A stretch of DNA of 64,000 bases from an uncultured Candidatus Saccharibacteria bacterium (GTDB lineage: Bacteria; Patescibacteriota; Minisyncoccia; Phycocordibacterales; 2-02-FULL-43-11). The DNA lies in the NCBI GenBank assembly GCA_964348785.1, contig CAYGDO010000001.1:120369-184368 (forward strand), given 5' to 3'. Each line of letters opens with the position of its first letter. Positions within the stretch are counted from its first letter, which is position 1. A model generated the notes under the pieces. It was not told where the DNA came from. It ran no database searches and worked only from the letters and a program-made list of their open reading frames with translations. A program made the translations under genes and the position numbers. Shown in pieces: positions 1 through 7,439 of this stretch.

Positions 1-2
1 TT

Positions 3-608
3 GCCTCCCCCATCGCTGCGGCCCTTGTCACATTAACAAAAGCCCAAAAGATTGCTGGTTGTGTTTTAGCGAACATTGGTTCCGAGACAGTTTCCATTGT
101 TGTTTATGAAGATAACAAACCAATTTCCCTAGAAGTCTTTCCAATCGGTGGTTCTGATATAACAAACGACATAGCACTAGGTCTCCGAATTTCCATAGAA
201 GAAGCAGAAGATGTAAAAAAAGGTAGTATCGTCGGAGTAAATTACCCAAGAAAAAAACTTGATGAAATTGTTTCAGCAAGACTTGGAGACATCTTCGAAC
301 TTATTGAGGCCCATCTTAAAAAAATCGGAAAAAATGGAATTTTACCTGCCGGCATAATAATAACCGGGGGCGGTTCAAGTATTGAAACAATTGATTCGTT
401 AGCCAAATCATCACTAAGAATTCCATCAAAAATTGGAGCTATAACATTTGGTGAGAGCAACCGAGGACAAATAAAAGATGCTTCGTGGTCTGTTGCTTAT
501 GGACTATGCCTGGTTGGTTTTGAAAATGAAGATGAAGGCACTCACAATTTTGGAGTAATAAAAAAAACTACAGATATTTTAGGTTGGTTCAAACAGTTCT
601 TACCGTAA
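3..608 (+). CDS. ftsA: Cell division protein FtsA, C-terminal part (5' end lies outside the window)
   Basis: Frame-3 translation ...FPIGGSDITNDIALGLRISIEEAEDVKKG...IIITGGGSS... matches the actin-like FtsA C-terminal domain. TAA stop at 606-608. Lies directly upstream of ftsZ. Confidence 0.85.
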   Translation, partial: ASPIAAALVTLTKAQKIAGCVLANIGSETVSIVVYEDNKPISLEVFPIGGSDITNDIALGLRISIEEAEDVKKGSIVGVNYPRKKLDEIVSARLGDIFELIEAHLKKIGKNGILPAGIIITGGGSSIETIDSLAKSSLRIPSKIGAITFGESNRGQIKDASWSVAYGLCLVGFENEDEGTHNFGVIKKTTDILGWFKQFLP

Positions 609-723
609 TCCCGTTAGAAGTCACGGACACCTAATCTAGAGCAAGTAACATTTTTAAAGATTGATTTAAGTCTAAAAATAATCAAACGTAGACATCTGGT
701 CCGTGTCCTATTTCTAACGGAAT
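607..723. mobile_element. MITE-like inverted-repeat element, copy A (TIR aatcccgttagaagtcacggacacc ... ggtccgtgtcctatttctaacgg)
   Basis: Imperfect 20-25 nt inverted repeats flank an ~85 nt AT-rich spacer. The left arm (607-624) is an 18/18 reverse-complement match to the right arm of copy B at 52805-52822. Confidence 0.45.
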
Positions 724-773
724 AAAAAAACGCCTTCCCTTCCAGAAAGACGTGATCGCCAACAAGGCCTACG

Positions 774-1064
774 CTACGCAATGGGCAACGAAGGGTCAGT
801 ATTGGAAACAACCCAACCTCCCTTTTGCAAGACTTCTACCGGGAAGTCCGAAAGCTGAACCGACTTGAGAGTGGCTGTGATATGTTCGCCGTCGTGATCG
901 ACTCGCATCACCTTATGTGCTTTTCTTTCACCACGAATGGATAGAACAATGTTATGCCCGACTTGAAACATGTCCCCGCGAAGCTCGGGCGAGTGGGAAA
1001 CCGCCCACTTATTGCCCGACATACTCAACAACGGAAGAACCAACGTAAACTTAGGTGTTTTCAT
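774..1064 (-). CDS. Hypothetical small secreted protein (96 aa) in a GC-rich patch between ftsA and ftsZ
   Basis: ORF with an N-terminal signal-peptide-like segment (MKTPKFTLVLPLLSMSG). Local GC is about 50% against about 34% in the flanks. No recognizable family. Confidence 0.4.
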   Translation of the reverse strand: MKTPKFTLVLPLLSMSGNKWAVSHSPELRGDMFQVGHNIVLSIRGERKAHKVMRVDHDGEHITATLKSVQLSDFPVEVLQKGGWVVSNTDPSLPIA

Positions 1065-1318
1065 CTTTGCCTGCTGTTTGCCTCAACAAAATTTAGATAA
1101 ATAATCAAAATAAGTCAACCCTGTTAAAGTTTTTAACCCATCCTAATGATAAAAAGAGTTATTTCTCAAAAACAAGATAGCTTTGCTAAAATATCAGAAT
1201 GAAAAACTCCAAAGGGGTCAACTCTTTCTTTTTTACGATTTATTGCATATCATTGTGTCAATTAAGCAATTTATAAGCTAATTGCTTTTGCAGGTAAAAG
1301 CCTAAAACAACAAATAAT

Positions 1319-2491
1319 ATGCCACAAATAACACCAGAAATAGAATCGTTTGCACGTATAAAAATCTTCGGCGTTGGAGGTTCAGGAAGACATGCTCTAA
1401 ACCATATGGTCAACTCAAAAGTAAAAGGGGTTGAATTTGTTGCTGTAAATACTGATGCGCAAGATCTACATAACACCATGTCTAAGAAGAAAATTCACAT
1501 TGGTAAAAATGTTACCCGCGGTCTTGGTGCTGGAATGAACCCAGAAGTTGGTAGACGTGCAGCAGAAGAAACAAAAGAAGAACTTCAAGAGTCAATAAAA
1601 AATTCTGATATGGTGTTCATCGCTGGCGGTATGGGCGGTGGAACATGCACAGGCGCCGGTCCAGTAGTTGCCAAAATTGCTAAAGATATGGGGGCTCTTA
1701 CCGTGGGCATTGTTACTCGCCCATTTTTCTTTGAAGGTAACCAGAGGATCAGAATTGCTGAACAAGGTATAGAAGAAATGAGACAATCAGTTGATGCTTT
1801 GATTGTCATTCCAAACGACAGACTGCTTTCAGCTGTATCAAAAGAGACAACAGCAAAAGATGCCTTCGCAATGTGCGATGAAGTTTTAAAACAAGCCGTT
1901 GAAGGTATTTCAGATTTGATAACTACTCCAGGAGAAATCGCCAACATAGACTTTGCTGACGTAAGAGCTATTCTTGAAAATGCAGGTCCTGCTCTTATGG
2001 GTGTAGGTTTCGCCAGCGGAGAAAAAAGAGCTGAAGAAGCAGCAAGAGCGGCAATCAACTCACCCCTTCTTGATGTATCAGTCGCGGGAGCAAAAGGTGT
2101 CCTGTTCTCAATCGCCGGTGGTGATGATTTAACCCTTTTCGAAATTCAAGATGCTGCAAAAGTAATTACCGAATCAATTGATCCAGAAGCAAAAGTTATT
2201 TTTGGAACAATCAAAGATGAAAAACTAAAGAAGAATGAATTAAAAATTACAGTTATAGCATCTGGTTTTCCTGAAGGAAATTTGGCTAAAAAAACTTTAT
2301 TCCCAACAGGTACTGCTGATTCAAGCAAAATCAAATCACCAACAATGTCTTCGATAACTAATTCCCCGGCCACAACTACACCAACTACGGACAAAACTCC
2401 AGAAACACCAAAAGCTAACCCAAAACCAGTCAGTGATGAAGATGATGATTGGAGCGCGGTTCCGGCATTTTTAAGAAGGGCGAAAAAATAA
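1319..2491 (+). CDS. ftsZ: Cell division GTPase FtsZ
   Basis: Tubulin signature GGGTCTGAGPVVA and the T7 loop region. 390 aa, followed by a terminator. Confidence 0.97.
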   Translation: MPQITPEIESFARIKIFGVGGSGRHALNHMVNSKVKGVEFVAVNTDAQDLHNTMSKKKIHIGKNVTRGLGAGMNPEVGRRAAEETKEELQESIKNSDMVFIAGGMGGGTCTGAGPVVAKIAKDMGALTVGIVTRPFFFEGNQRIRIAEQGIEEMRQSVDALIVIPNDRLLSAVSKETTAKDAFAMCDEVLKQAVEGISDLITTPGEIANIDFADVRAILENAGPALMGVGFASGEKRAEEAARAAINSPLLDVSVAGAKGVLFSIAGGDDLTLFEIQDAAKVITESIDPEAKVIFGTIKDEKLKKNELKITVIASGFPEGNLAKKTLFPTGTADSSKIKSPTMSSITNSPATTTPTTDKTPETPKANPKPVSDEDDDWSAVPAFLRRAKK

Positions 2492-2498
2492 TTTAATC

Positions 2499-2527
2499 AA
2501 AAAATCCCGCTTGAGCGGGATTTTTTG
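2499..2527 (+). terminator. Rho-independent terminator after ftsZ
   Basis: aatcccgc TTGA gcgggatt stem-loop followed by a T6 run. Confidence 0.7.
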
Positions 2528-2558
2528 ATGTTTAAATTTTCTGCTATAATCCAATTCT

Positions 2559-3485
2559 ATGATTTATGATTTAATAATTTTAGGAGGCGGTCCAGCCGGG
2601 GTTTCGGCGGGAGTTTACGCTTCAAGAAAAAAGCTTAAGACTCTTGTCATCACAAAAGATATGGGGGGCCAAAGTACAGTATCAGAAAATATCCAAAATT
2701 GGATAGGCACCCCTTCTATTTCCGGTTCCGACCTAGCTAAATCATTAAAAAATCACCTGCTCGCTTTTGCAGAAGGTGTTCTTGAATTGAAAGAAGGAGA
2801 ATTGATTGAAAAAATTACTGAAAAAAATAACCTTTTCCAAGTAAAAACAAAAAAGAATGAATATGAGGGAAAATCAGTTCTAATTGCAACCGGAAGTAAA
2901 AGAAGGAAATTAAGTGTTGAAGGTGCTGATAAATTTGAACATAAAGGTGTTACCTATTGCGCTTCTTGCGATGGACCAATGTTTGCTGATATGGATTTAG
3001 CAGTTGTTGGTGGTGGTAATGCTGGTTTTGAAACCGCAGCTCAACTTTTGGCTTACGCCAAAAGCGTCACTCTCTTTGAAAGTAATAGTGAATTCAAGGC
3101 CGACAAAATCACAGTTGAAAAAGTTTTAAATAATCCAAAGATGCAAGCTTTCAAAAACGTGGAGCTTTTAAAAATCGAGGGTGACAAATTTGTTTCAGGA
3201 TTAAGCTACAAAGATAAAACTACAGGAGAAATAAAAAATCTTTCAATAAGCGGTGTCTTTGTTGAAATTGGAGCGATGCCAGCAACAGATTTTGCAAAAG
3301 AAATAATTGAATTAAACAAATTTGGACAAGTCGTGACCGATCCACGAAATCAAAGAACCTCAAAAGAAGGTATTTGGTCAGCTGGAGATTGCACTGATGG
3401 TTTATATCACCAAAACAACATCGCCTCAGGTGATGCTGTAAAAGCCCTAGAAGATATTTACATTTGGCTTCAGAAAAGAGGTTAA
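2559..3485 (+). CDS. trxB: Thioredoxin-disulfide reductase
   Basis: N-terminal FAD-binding GGGPAG motif and the redox-active CASCDG (CxxC). 308 aa. TATAAT at 2545-2550. Confidence 0.85.
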   Translation: MIYDLIILGGGPAGVSAGVYASRKKLKTLVITKDMGGQSTVSENIQNWIGTPSISGSDLAKSLKNHLLAFAEGVLELKEGELIEKITEKNNLFQVKTKKNEYEGKSVLIATGSKRRKLSVEGADKFEHKGVTYCASCDGPMFADMDLAVVGGGNAGFETAAQLLAYAKSVTLFESNSEFKADKITVEKVLNNPKMQAFKNVELLKIEGDKFVSGLSYKDKTTGEIKNLSISGVFVEIGAMPATDFAKEIIELNKFGQVVTDPRNQRTSKEGIWSAGDCTDGLYHQNNIASGDAVKALEDIYIWLQKRG

Positions 3486-3805
3486 GATTTTGGTTTATCC
3501 AATTTATCTAACTTTAAAATTTTAACGCCGAAGTAAACGACAGCTGAAATAACAGCAAAGTTTATTAATATGTTTATGAAATTCCCCACTTTTATTTGAA
3601 CTTCCCCAATTTTTATAACCATATCGGTAAGCCCCTTTGCTTGATTTAATAGAATTCCTAAAATTGGATTAATAATGTCATCCACCAAGGACTTCACGAC
3701 AGTTGAAACCGCTCCCCCCAATATAAAACCGACAGCAAGGCCAACAACACCCTGAGTTCTTATAAAATCAAGAAAACCTTGAAATTGTGACTTGACTGAA
3801 TTCAT
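3482..3805 (-). CDS. mscL: Large-conductance mechanosensitive channel MscL
   Basis: 107 aa with two TM segments. N-terminus FLDFIRTQGVVGLAVGFILGGA matches the MscL TM1 consensus. Confidence 0.85.
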   Translation of the reverse strand: MNSVKSQFQGFLDFIRTQGVVGLAVGFILGGAVSTVVKSLVDDIINPILGILLNQAKGLTDMVIKIGEVQIKVGNFINILINFAVISAVVYFGVKILKLDKLDKPKS

Positions 3806-3825
3806 TATTTTAAAAAATTAAATTA

Positions 3826-4122
3826 TACTTGTGGGCAGTACAGGATTCGGTCACGCATAATTTTCTGCTGAAAATTTGCACAACCCGTCTCCCCCGCATT
3901 GCGGGGTCCGACTTTCGAGCCCACACCCCGCTTCGCTAAGCCCACAAATTTCGAGGACTCATTGTGGGCGGTAGAGGGATCTCTCTCCTTACAGGAGCAG
4001 TACAGGTTTTCCATTTTTATTTAATTTTAAAATTAAATAAAAATAAGGAAGAACCTTTTCGAGCCCTATACCGCAAGCCAAGCAGTTGGCTTGCTCCGCG
4101 CACTGCGTTCGGAAACCTCTCT
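3826..4122. repeat. GC-rich non-coding segment downstream of tRNA-Val carrying two extra copies of the tRNA-Val 3' end
   Basis: tgtgggcggtagaggg at 3965-3980 is identical to the tRNA 3' end at 4123-4138, and a degenerate copy sits at 3826-3840. It also holds several GC hairpins (ccccgcaatgcgggg; gcaagccaactgcttggcttgc) and the motif ctctccttacaggagcRgtaca, which is shared with 15382-15405. Confidence 0.5.
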
Positions 4123-4197
4123 TGTGGGCGGTAGAGGGCTCGAACCTCTGACCCCGAGAACGTCAATCCCGTGCTCTACCAACTGAGCTAACCGCCC
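4123..4197 (-). tRNA. tRNA-Val (anticodon GAC)
   Basis: Minus-strand sequence GGGCGGTTAGCTCAGTTGGTAGAGCACGGGATTGACGTTCTCGGGGTCAGAGGTTCGAGCCCTCTACCGCCCACA folds as a cloverleaf with anticodon loop TTGACGT. Confidence 0.9.
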
Positions 4198-4686
4198 TTT
4201 ATAACTCTGTCACAAAACTCCATACCAAGATACAATAATCTTCTCTGAATCGCAACATTCGCACATTTTAAACAACACAACACTTATACACAGGGTGTGG
4301 CCTGAAAGACAGTAAAATGTTAATATACATTTATACAAAAAAACTGTTCAAATCCCCATATAAACGCTGGCAATTTATTCCGGAGCCATCCGGGTATAGT
4401 GCTATTAAAGCGCTTTCACCTACCTCCCCGGCTTTAAACAAGGAGATCAGGTCGATTATATAGGGATTTGAGCAGTTTTTTATGTAAAAAAATAACCCTA
4501 AGTAATAGTATAGCAAATTAAATATATAATTAGAATAGAATATAACACACTTTTAATATATGAAGACGTAGGAAATGTACTGTCAAGGTATATATAAATA
4601 ATCTTCTTATTCTTAGCCTTTTATAAATACCAACAGATAAATTTTATTAAAAAATCAAAAATTAATAAAGAAAAAGTGCTAAATTT

Positions 4687-4715
4687 TTGACATAATTTTA
4701 CACTTTTGCTATGAT
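4687..4715 (+). promoter_or_regulatory. Sigma-70-like promoter (TTGACA-17-TATGAT) for the 4722 ORF
   Basis: TTGACA at 4687-4692, a 17-nt spacer, TATGAT at 4710-4715, and the ATG at 4722, giving a leaderless or short-leader mRNA. Confidence 0.5.
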
Positions 4716-4721
4716 TTACAT

Positions 4722-5096
4722 ATGGATGACTATGAATTTGAGGAATTTAAATCACAAGGATCAAGATCCAGCATCGTAATAACTTTAGGAAAAGCTGAGA
4801 GATTCTATTTTGGTGGTTTTATGACTCAAAAATATAAACTTTTATCTTTAACGGGAATGAAACTACTTTATGATAAAAAAAGGAATGCCATTGGTTTTAA
4901 ACTTATTAATGAAACTGAGGACGGGATGGTTGGAATAAAAAAAATGCAAGGCAAATCTACTTATATAAATGCAAAAGCTTTTTTAGGAATGTATGACATT
5001 GATGCTTTAAAGTACGAAGGAAGATACCACCCAAAAGAAATCACGAGTGGAGATGGAAAAAAAATTCTAGTTATTGAATTAGTTGAGAAAAAATAG
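4722..5096 (+). CDS. Hypothetical protein (124 aa)
   Basis: Clean ORF behind a strong promoter. No recognizable domain. Confidence 0.5.
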   Translation: MDDYEFEEFKSQGSRSSIVITLGKAERFYFGGFMTQKYKLLSLTGMKLLYDKKRNAIGFKLINETEDGMVGIKKMQGKSTYINAKAFLGMYDIDALKYEGRYHPKEITSGDGKKILVIELVEKK

Positions 5097-5202
5097 ATTA
5101 TTTTATCTTAGACACCCCACGTAAAAATATATTATTTGCTCCCCTCAATTAATTTAAATCCCTAGTACCTAAAATTTTCTACCACCAAATGCAATACAAG
5201 AT

Positions 5203-5628
5203 TTAAAATGGCAAATCTTTACACAACCCATCAAACACCTCCCCATCAATTTTATTTGTAAGTATTTTTGAAACTTCCTTTCTATCCACCCATTTTGCCT
5301 CCGGATTATCAGAATCAATTGGCTTTAACTCGCCATCAAAATTAGTTCTAAATAAAAATAAAGTAATATCTTTTAGCTCAGAGTTATCATCGTTTTTATC
5401 TAAACCAATTTTATATCTCTTGTAAGTAACCAGAAATCTTACAAACTCTAACTCATTAACCCCTGATTCTTCGTAAACTTCTCTTTGGGCCGCTTCTAAA
5501 TCTGTCTCGCCTTCTTCCACCCCTCCTTTTGGTAAAGACCACGTATTGTGTCTTTGCGCGACAACAAGAATTTTACCCTCTTTGTTTATAACAACACCCC
5601 CCGCTTTTTTGATTTGCTTTGTTAGCAT
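5203..5628 (-). CDS. NUDIX hydrolase
   Basis: Nudix box GGVEEGETDLEAAQREVYEESGV (GX5EX7REUXEEXGU). Confidence 0.85.
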   Translation of the reverse strand: MLTKQIKKAGGVVINKEGKILVVAQRHNTWSLPKGGVEEGETDLEAAQREVYEESGVNELEFVRFLVTYKRYKIGLDKNDDNSELKDITLFLFRTNFDGELKPIDSDNPEAKWVDRKEVSKILTNKIDGEVFDGLCKDLPF

Positions 5629-5639
5629 AAAATTTTAGT

Positions 5640-5717
5640 TGGTGACCCCAATGGGATTCGAACCCATGTTACCGGATTGAGAATCCGATGTCCTGGACCG
5701 GGCTAGACGATGGGGCC
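5640..5717 (-). tRNA. tRNA-Glu (anticodon CTC), CCA encoded
   Basis: Minus-strand GGCCCCATCGTCTAGCCCGGTCCAGGACATCGGATTCTCAATCCGGTAACATGGGTTCGAATCCCATTGGGGTCACCA. The CCCCATCGTCTAG stretch is typical of tRNA-Glu. Confidence 0.8.
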
Positions 5718-5790
5718 GGTAAGACAAAGGGATAATATCATTTTTTGAACAATAGGCAAAAAATGGTATAGTTTTTTTACTTTAATCTTT

Positions 5791-5877
5791 GGAGAGGTGG
5801 CTGAGTGGTTGAAGGCACCGCATTCGAAACGCGGCAGACCTGAAAGGGTCTCGGGAGTTCAAATCTCCCCCTCTCCG
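5791..5877 (+). tRNA. tRNA-Ser (anticodon CGA), long variable arm
   Basis: GGAGAGGTGGCTGAGTGGTTGAAGGCACCGCATTCGAAACGCGG...GGGAGTTCAAATCTCCCCCTCTCCG. Anticodon loop TTCGAAA, with one A-C mismatch at the loop-proximal end of the anticodon stem. Confidence 0.8.
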
Positions 5878-5929
5878 TAAAATAATAAAAATGCTAAAAT
5901 ATATTTATTAAAATTTTATATTAAAAGAT

Positions 5930-6583
5930 ATGAACCAAGAAACAATGCCTCCTGAAATTAACAGCACTCTAGCCGGGGAAAGACCTGAGTTTGTTACAAA
6001 ATCCAAAAGAGACACCAAACTCTCATCCTCTATTGGTCTTTTAATATTTAGTATGATTTGGCTTGGATTTACCAGTATATTTGTTTTTGTTTTTTTTGGA
6101 CCACTATTAAGCGGGAAAGATGTAAATTTCACTGTAAATGGAACACCAACAACAGCCAACCTAAGCAATATGGGATCATTAACAATGCCAGGAATAATAA
6201 TTGGAATTTTTGTCCTTATTGGCATTTTTATATTCATCGCAAGTATTAGGTCACTATTTTCAAAAGGTAGTTGGTTTATTGGCACATCAAAAAGATTAAT
6301 TGTTTATAGAAAAAATTACACACAATCAATAGACTGGGAACAATTTTCCGGTAATATTATCGTCTCCGGCCCTTCAAACAACAACACAATATCTTTAGAA
6401 ATGAGAACCGGTCATATGGTTTCTCAAAAAAATCGTGCTGACAGATATGTCCCCGATATGATAGAAATGATAGGAATTAATAACGGCTTTGAAATAGAGC
6501 CCATTATCAGAAAAAGAATAAAAGAAAACGACCCAACTCCAGCACTTAACGAGAAAACTCCTTCTGCATTAATCTCAAATTAA
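5930..6583 (+). CDS. Hypothetical membrane protein (217 aa, 2 TM)
   Basis: ORF with two hydrophobic helices. No family match recognized. Confidence 0.5.
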   Translation: MNQETMPPEINSTLAGERPEFVTKSKRDTKLSSSIGLLIFSMIWLGFTSIFVFVFFGPLLSGKDVNFTVNGTPTTANLSNMGSLTMPGIIIGIFVLIGIFIFIASIRSLFSKGSWFIGTSKRLIVYRKNYTQSIDWEQFSGNIIVSGPSNNNTISLEMRTGHMVSQKNRADRYVPDMIEMIGINNGFEIEPIIRKRIKENDPTPALNEKTPSALISN

Positions 6584-6799
6584 AATTGACAAAAGATTAA
6601 CGAGGTATAACATATTTATTAATGAAACTAACAAATAAAATCAGTTCTAATATGGTGGGTATAATGATGCGAACACTTTCTCAAGAGCTGATGTTTGGTT
6701 TGGTTAAATAAAACTCCCAAATTAAAGACCAGCTCTCGAGAGCTGGTCTTTTTATGCAAAGAGAAGTTCCTTAAAACCAAAAACCGACGAGGAAAGGCT

Positions 6800-7228
6800 A
6801 TGGGACTAGTAATCCAATTTCAAAGAAGAGCGATTGAGAAACTTAGAGCTCAAAATCGAGAAAAATCTCCTCTAAGACTAATGAGCAAGTTTGGGTCAGA
6901 CATCAGGTTTACCGTCGACGGGAAACCGGCACGATGCCTAGGCATAAGTGAGGGCATTGGCACCTGCTCTGATATAGGAGGAATGGATGTTGCCGTCTTT
7001 GGCGTATGCGGGGACACGGCCCCAGTCAGATTAAATGGCCATGCACCAAAGGCCCTAGAAGCTGAATACTTCGTCTTTCTTCATAATGGCACAAAACTGG
7101 ATAAACACGGCGCACCTAGAGCTACCGTTGAACTTCTAGAATGTAGACCGGCGGAGAAAAGCGGGCAATTGATAGTCTTCGATTTGCACCCGACTGGAGA
7201 AATCGCTGATTACGCATATCTGATTTGA
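6800..7228 (+). CDS. Hypothetical protein (about 143 aa) in a GC-rich (about 50%) patch
   Basis: ORF MGLVIQFQRRAIEKLRAQ... follows a GAGGAAAGG RBS. The upstream track start at 6695 would run through a hairpin-plus-T-run terminator (agaccagctctcgagagctggtcttttt), so the internal ATG is preferred. A terminator follows at 7235. Confidence 0.4.
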   Translation: MGLVIQFQRRAIEKLRAQNREKSPLRLMSKFGSDIRFTVDGKPARCLGISEGIGTCSDIGGMDVAVFGVCGDTAPVRLNGHAPKALEAEYFVFLHNGTKLDKHGAPRATVELLECRPAEKSGQLIVFDLHPTGEIADYAYLI

Positions 7229-7234
7229 TCGTCC

Positions 7235-7262
7235 CCGCCCATCACCCGATGGGCTTTTTTAT
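7235..7262 (+). terminator. Rho-independent terminator
   Basis: gcccatc ACCC gatgggc stem-loop followed by a T-run. Confidence 0.6.
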
Positions 7263-7439
7263 TTATCCTAAAAACTTTTTCACTAACCCCGTTTCTTTAT
7301 ATTTTTTAAATTTAGAAACTTATACTCAGAAATAAATACTTAATTTTATTAGACTAAAAAGTTTATAGGATGAATCATTTTTTTCACTTTGCAAAAATTT
7401 AACTAGCAAAACAAAAAAATATTTGTATACTTAAACATC

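Noticed and set aside
1585-2394. Antisense ORFs inside ftsZ (1585-2058, 2146-2394) and similar shadow ORFs inside groEL, valS, lepA, murJ, rnj, atpA and atpD.
   Set aside because: They are wholly contained in well-supported genes on the opposite strand or in another frame, with no independent support.
3823-4014. Considered that the GC-rich segment downstream of tRNA-Val (minus strand GGGGTGTGGGCTCGAAAGTCGG...gcagaaaattatgcgtga) could be a tmRNA (ssrA) with an AENYA-like tag. The 63-aa track ORF lies here too.
   Set aside because: The near-universal tmRNA 5' element (A/U)UUCGAC is absent. The candidate tag frames do not end in the typical hydrophobic A-A. No proper T-arm/acceptor could be folded. 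The 3' matches are better explained as repeats of the tRNA-Val 3' end. The ORF is treated as spurious.
4370-4480. Possible SRP (4.5S) RNA in the long intergenic region.
   Set aside because: The helix-8 conserved AGGAAGCAGC / GNAR arrangement could not be found. It is left only as a low-interest candidate structured region.
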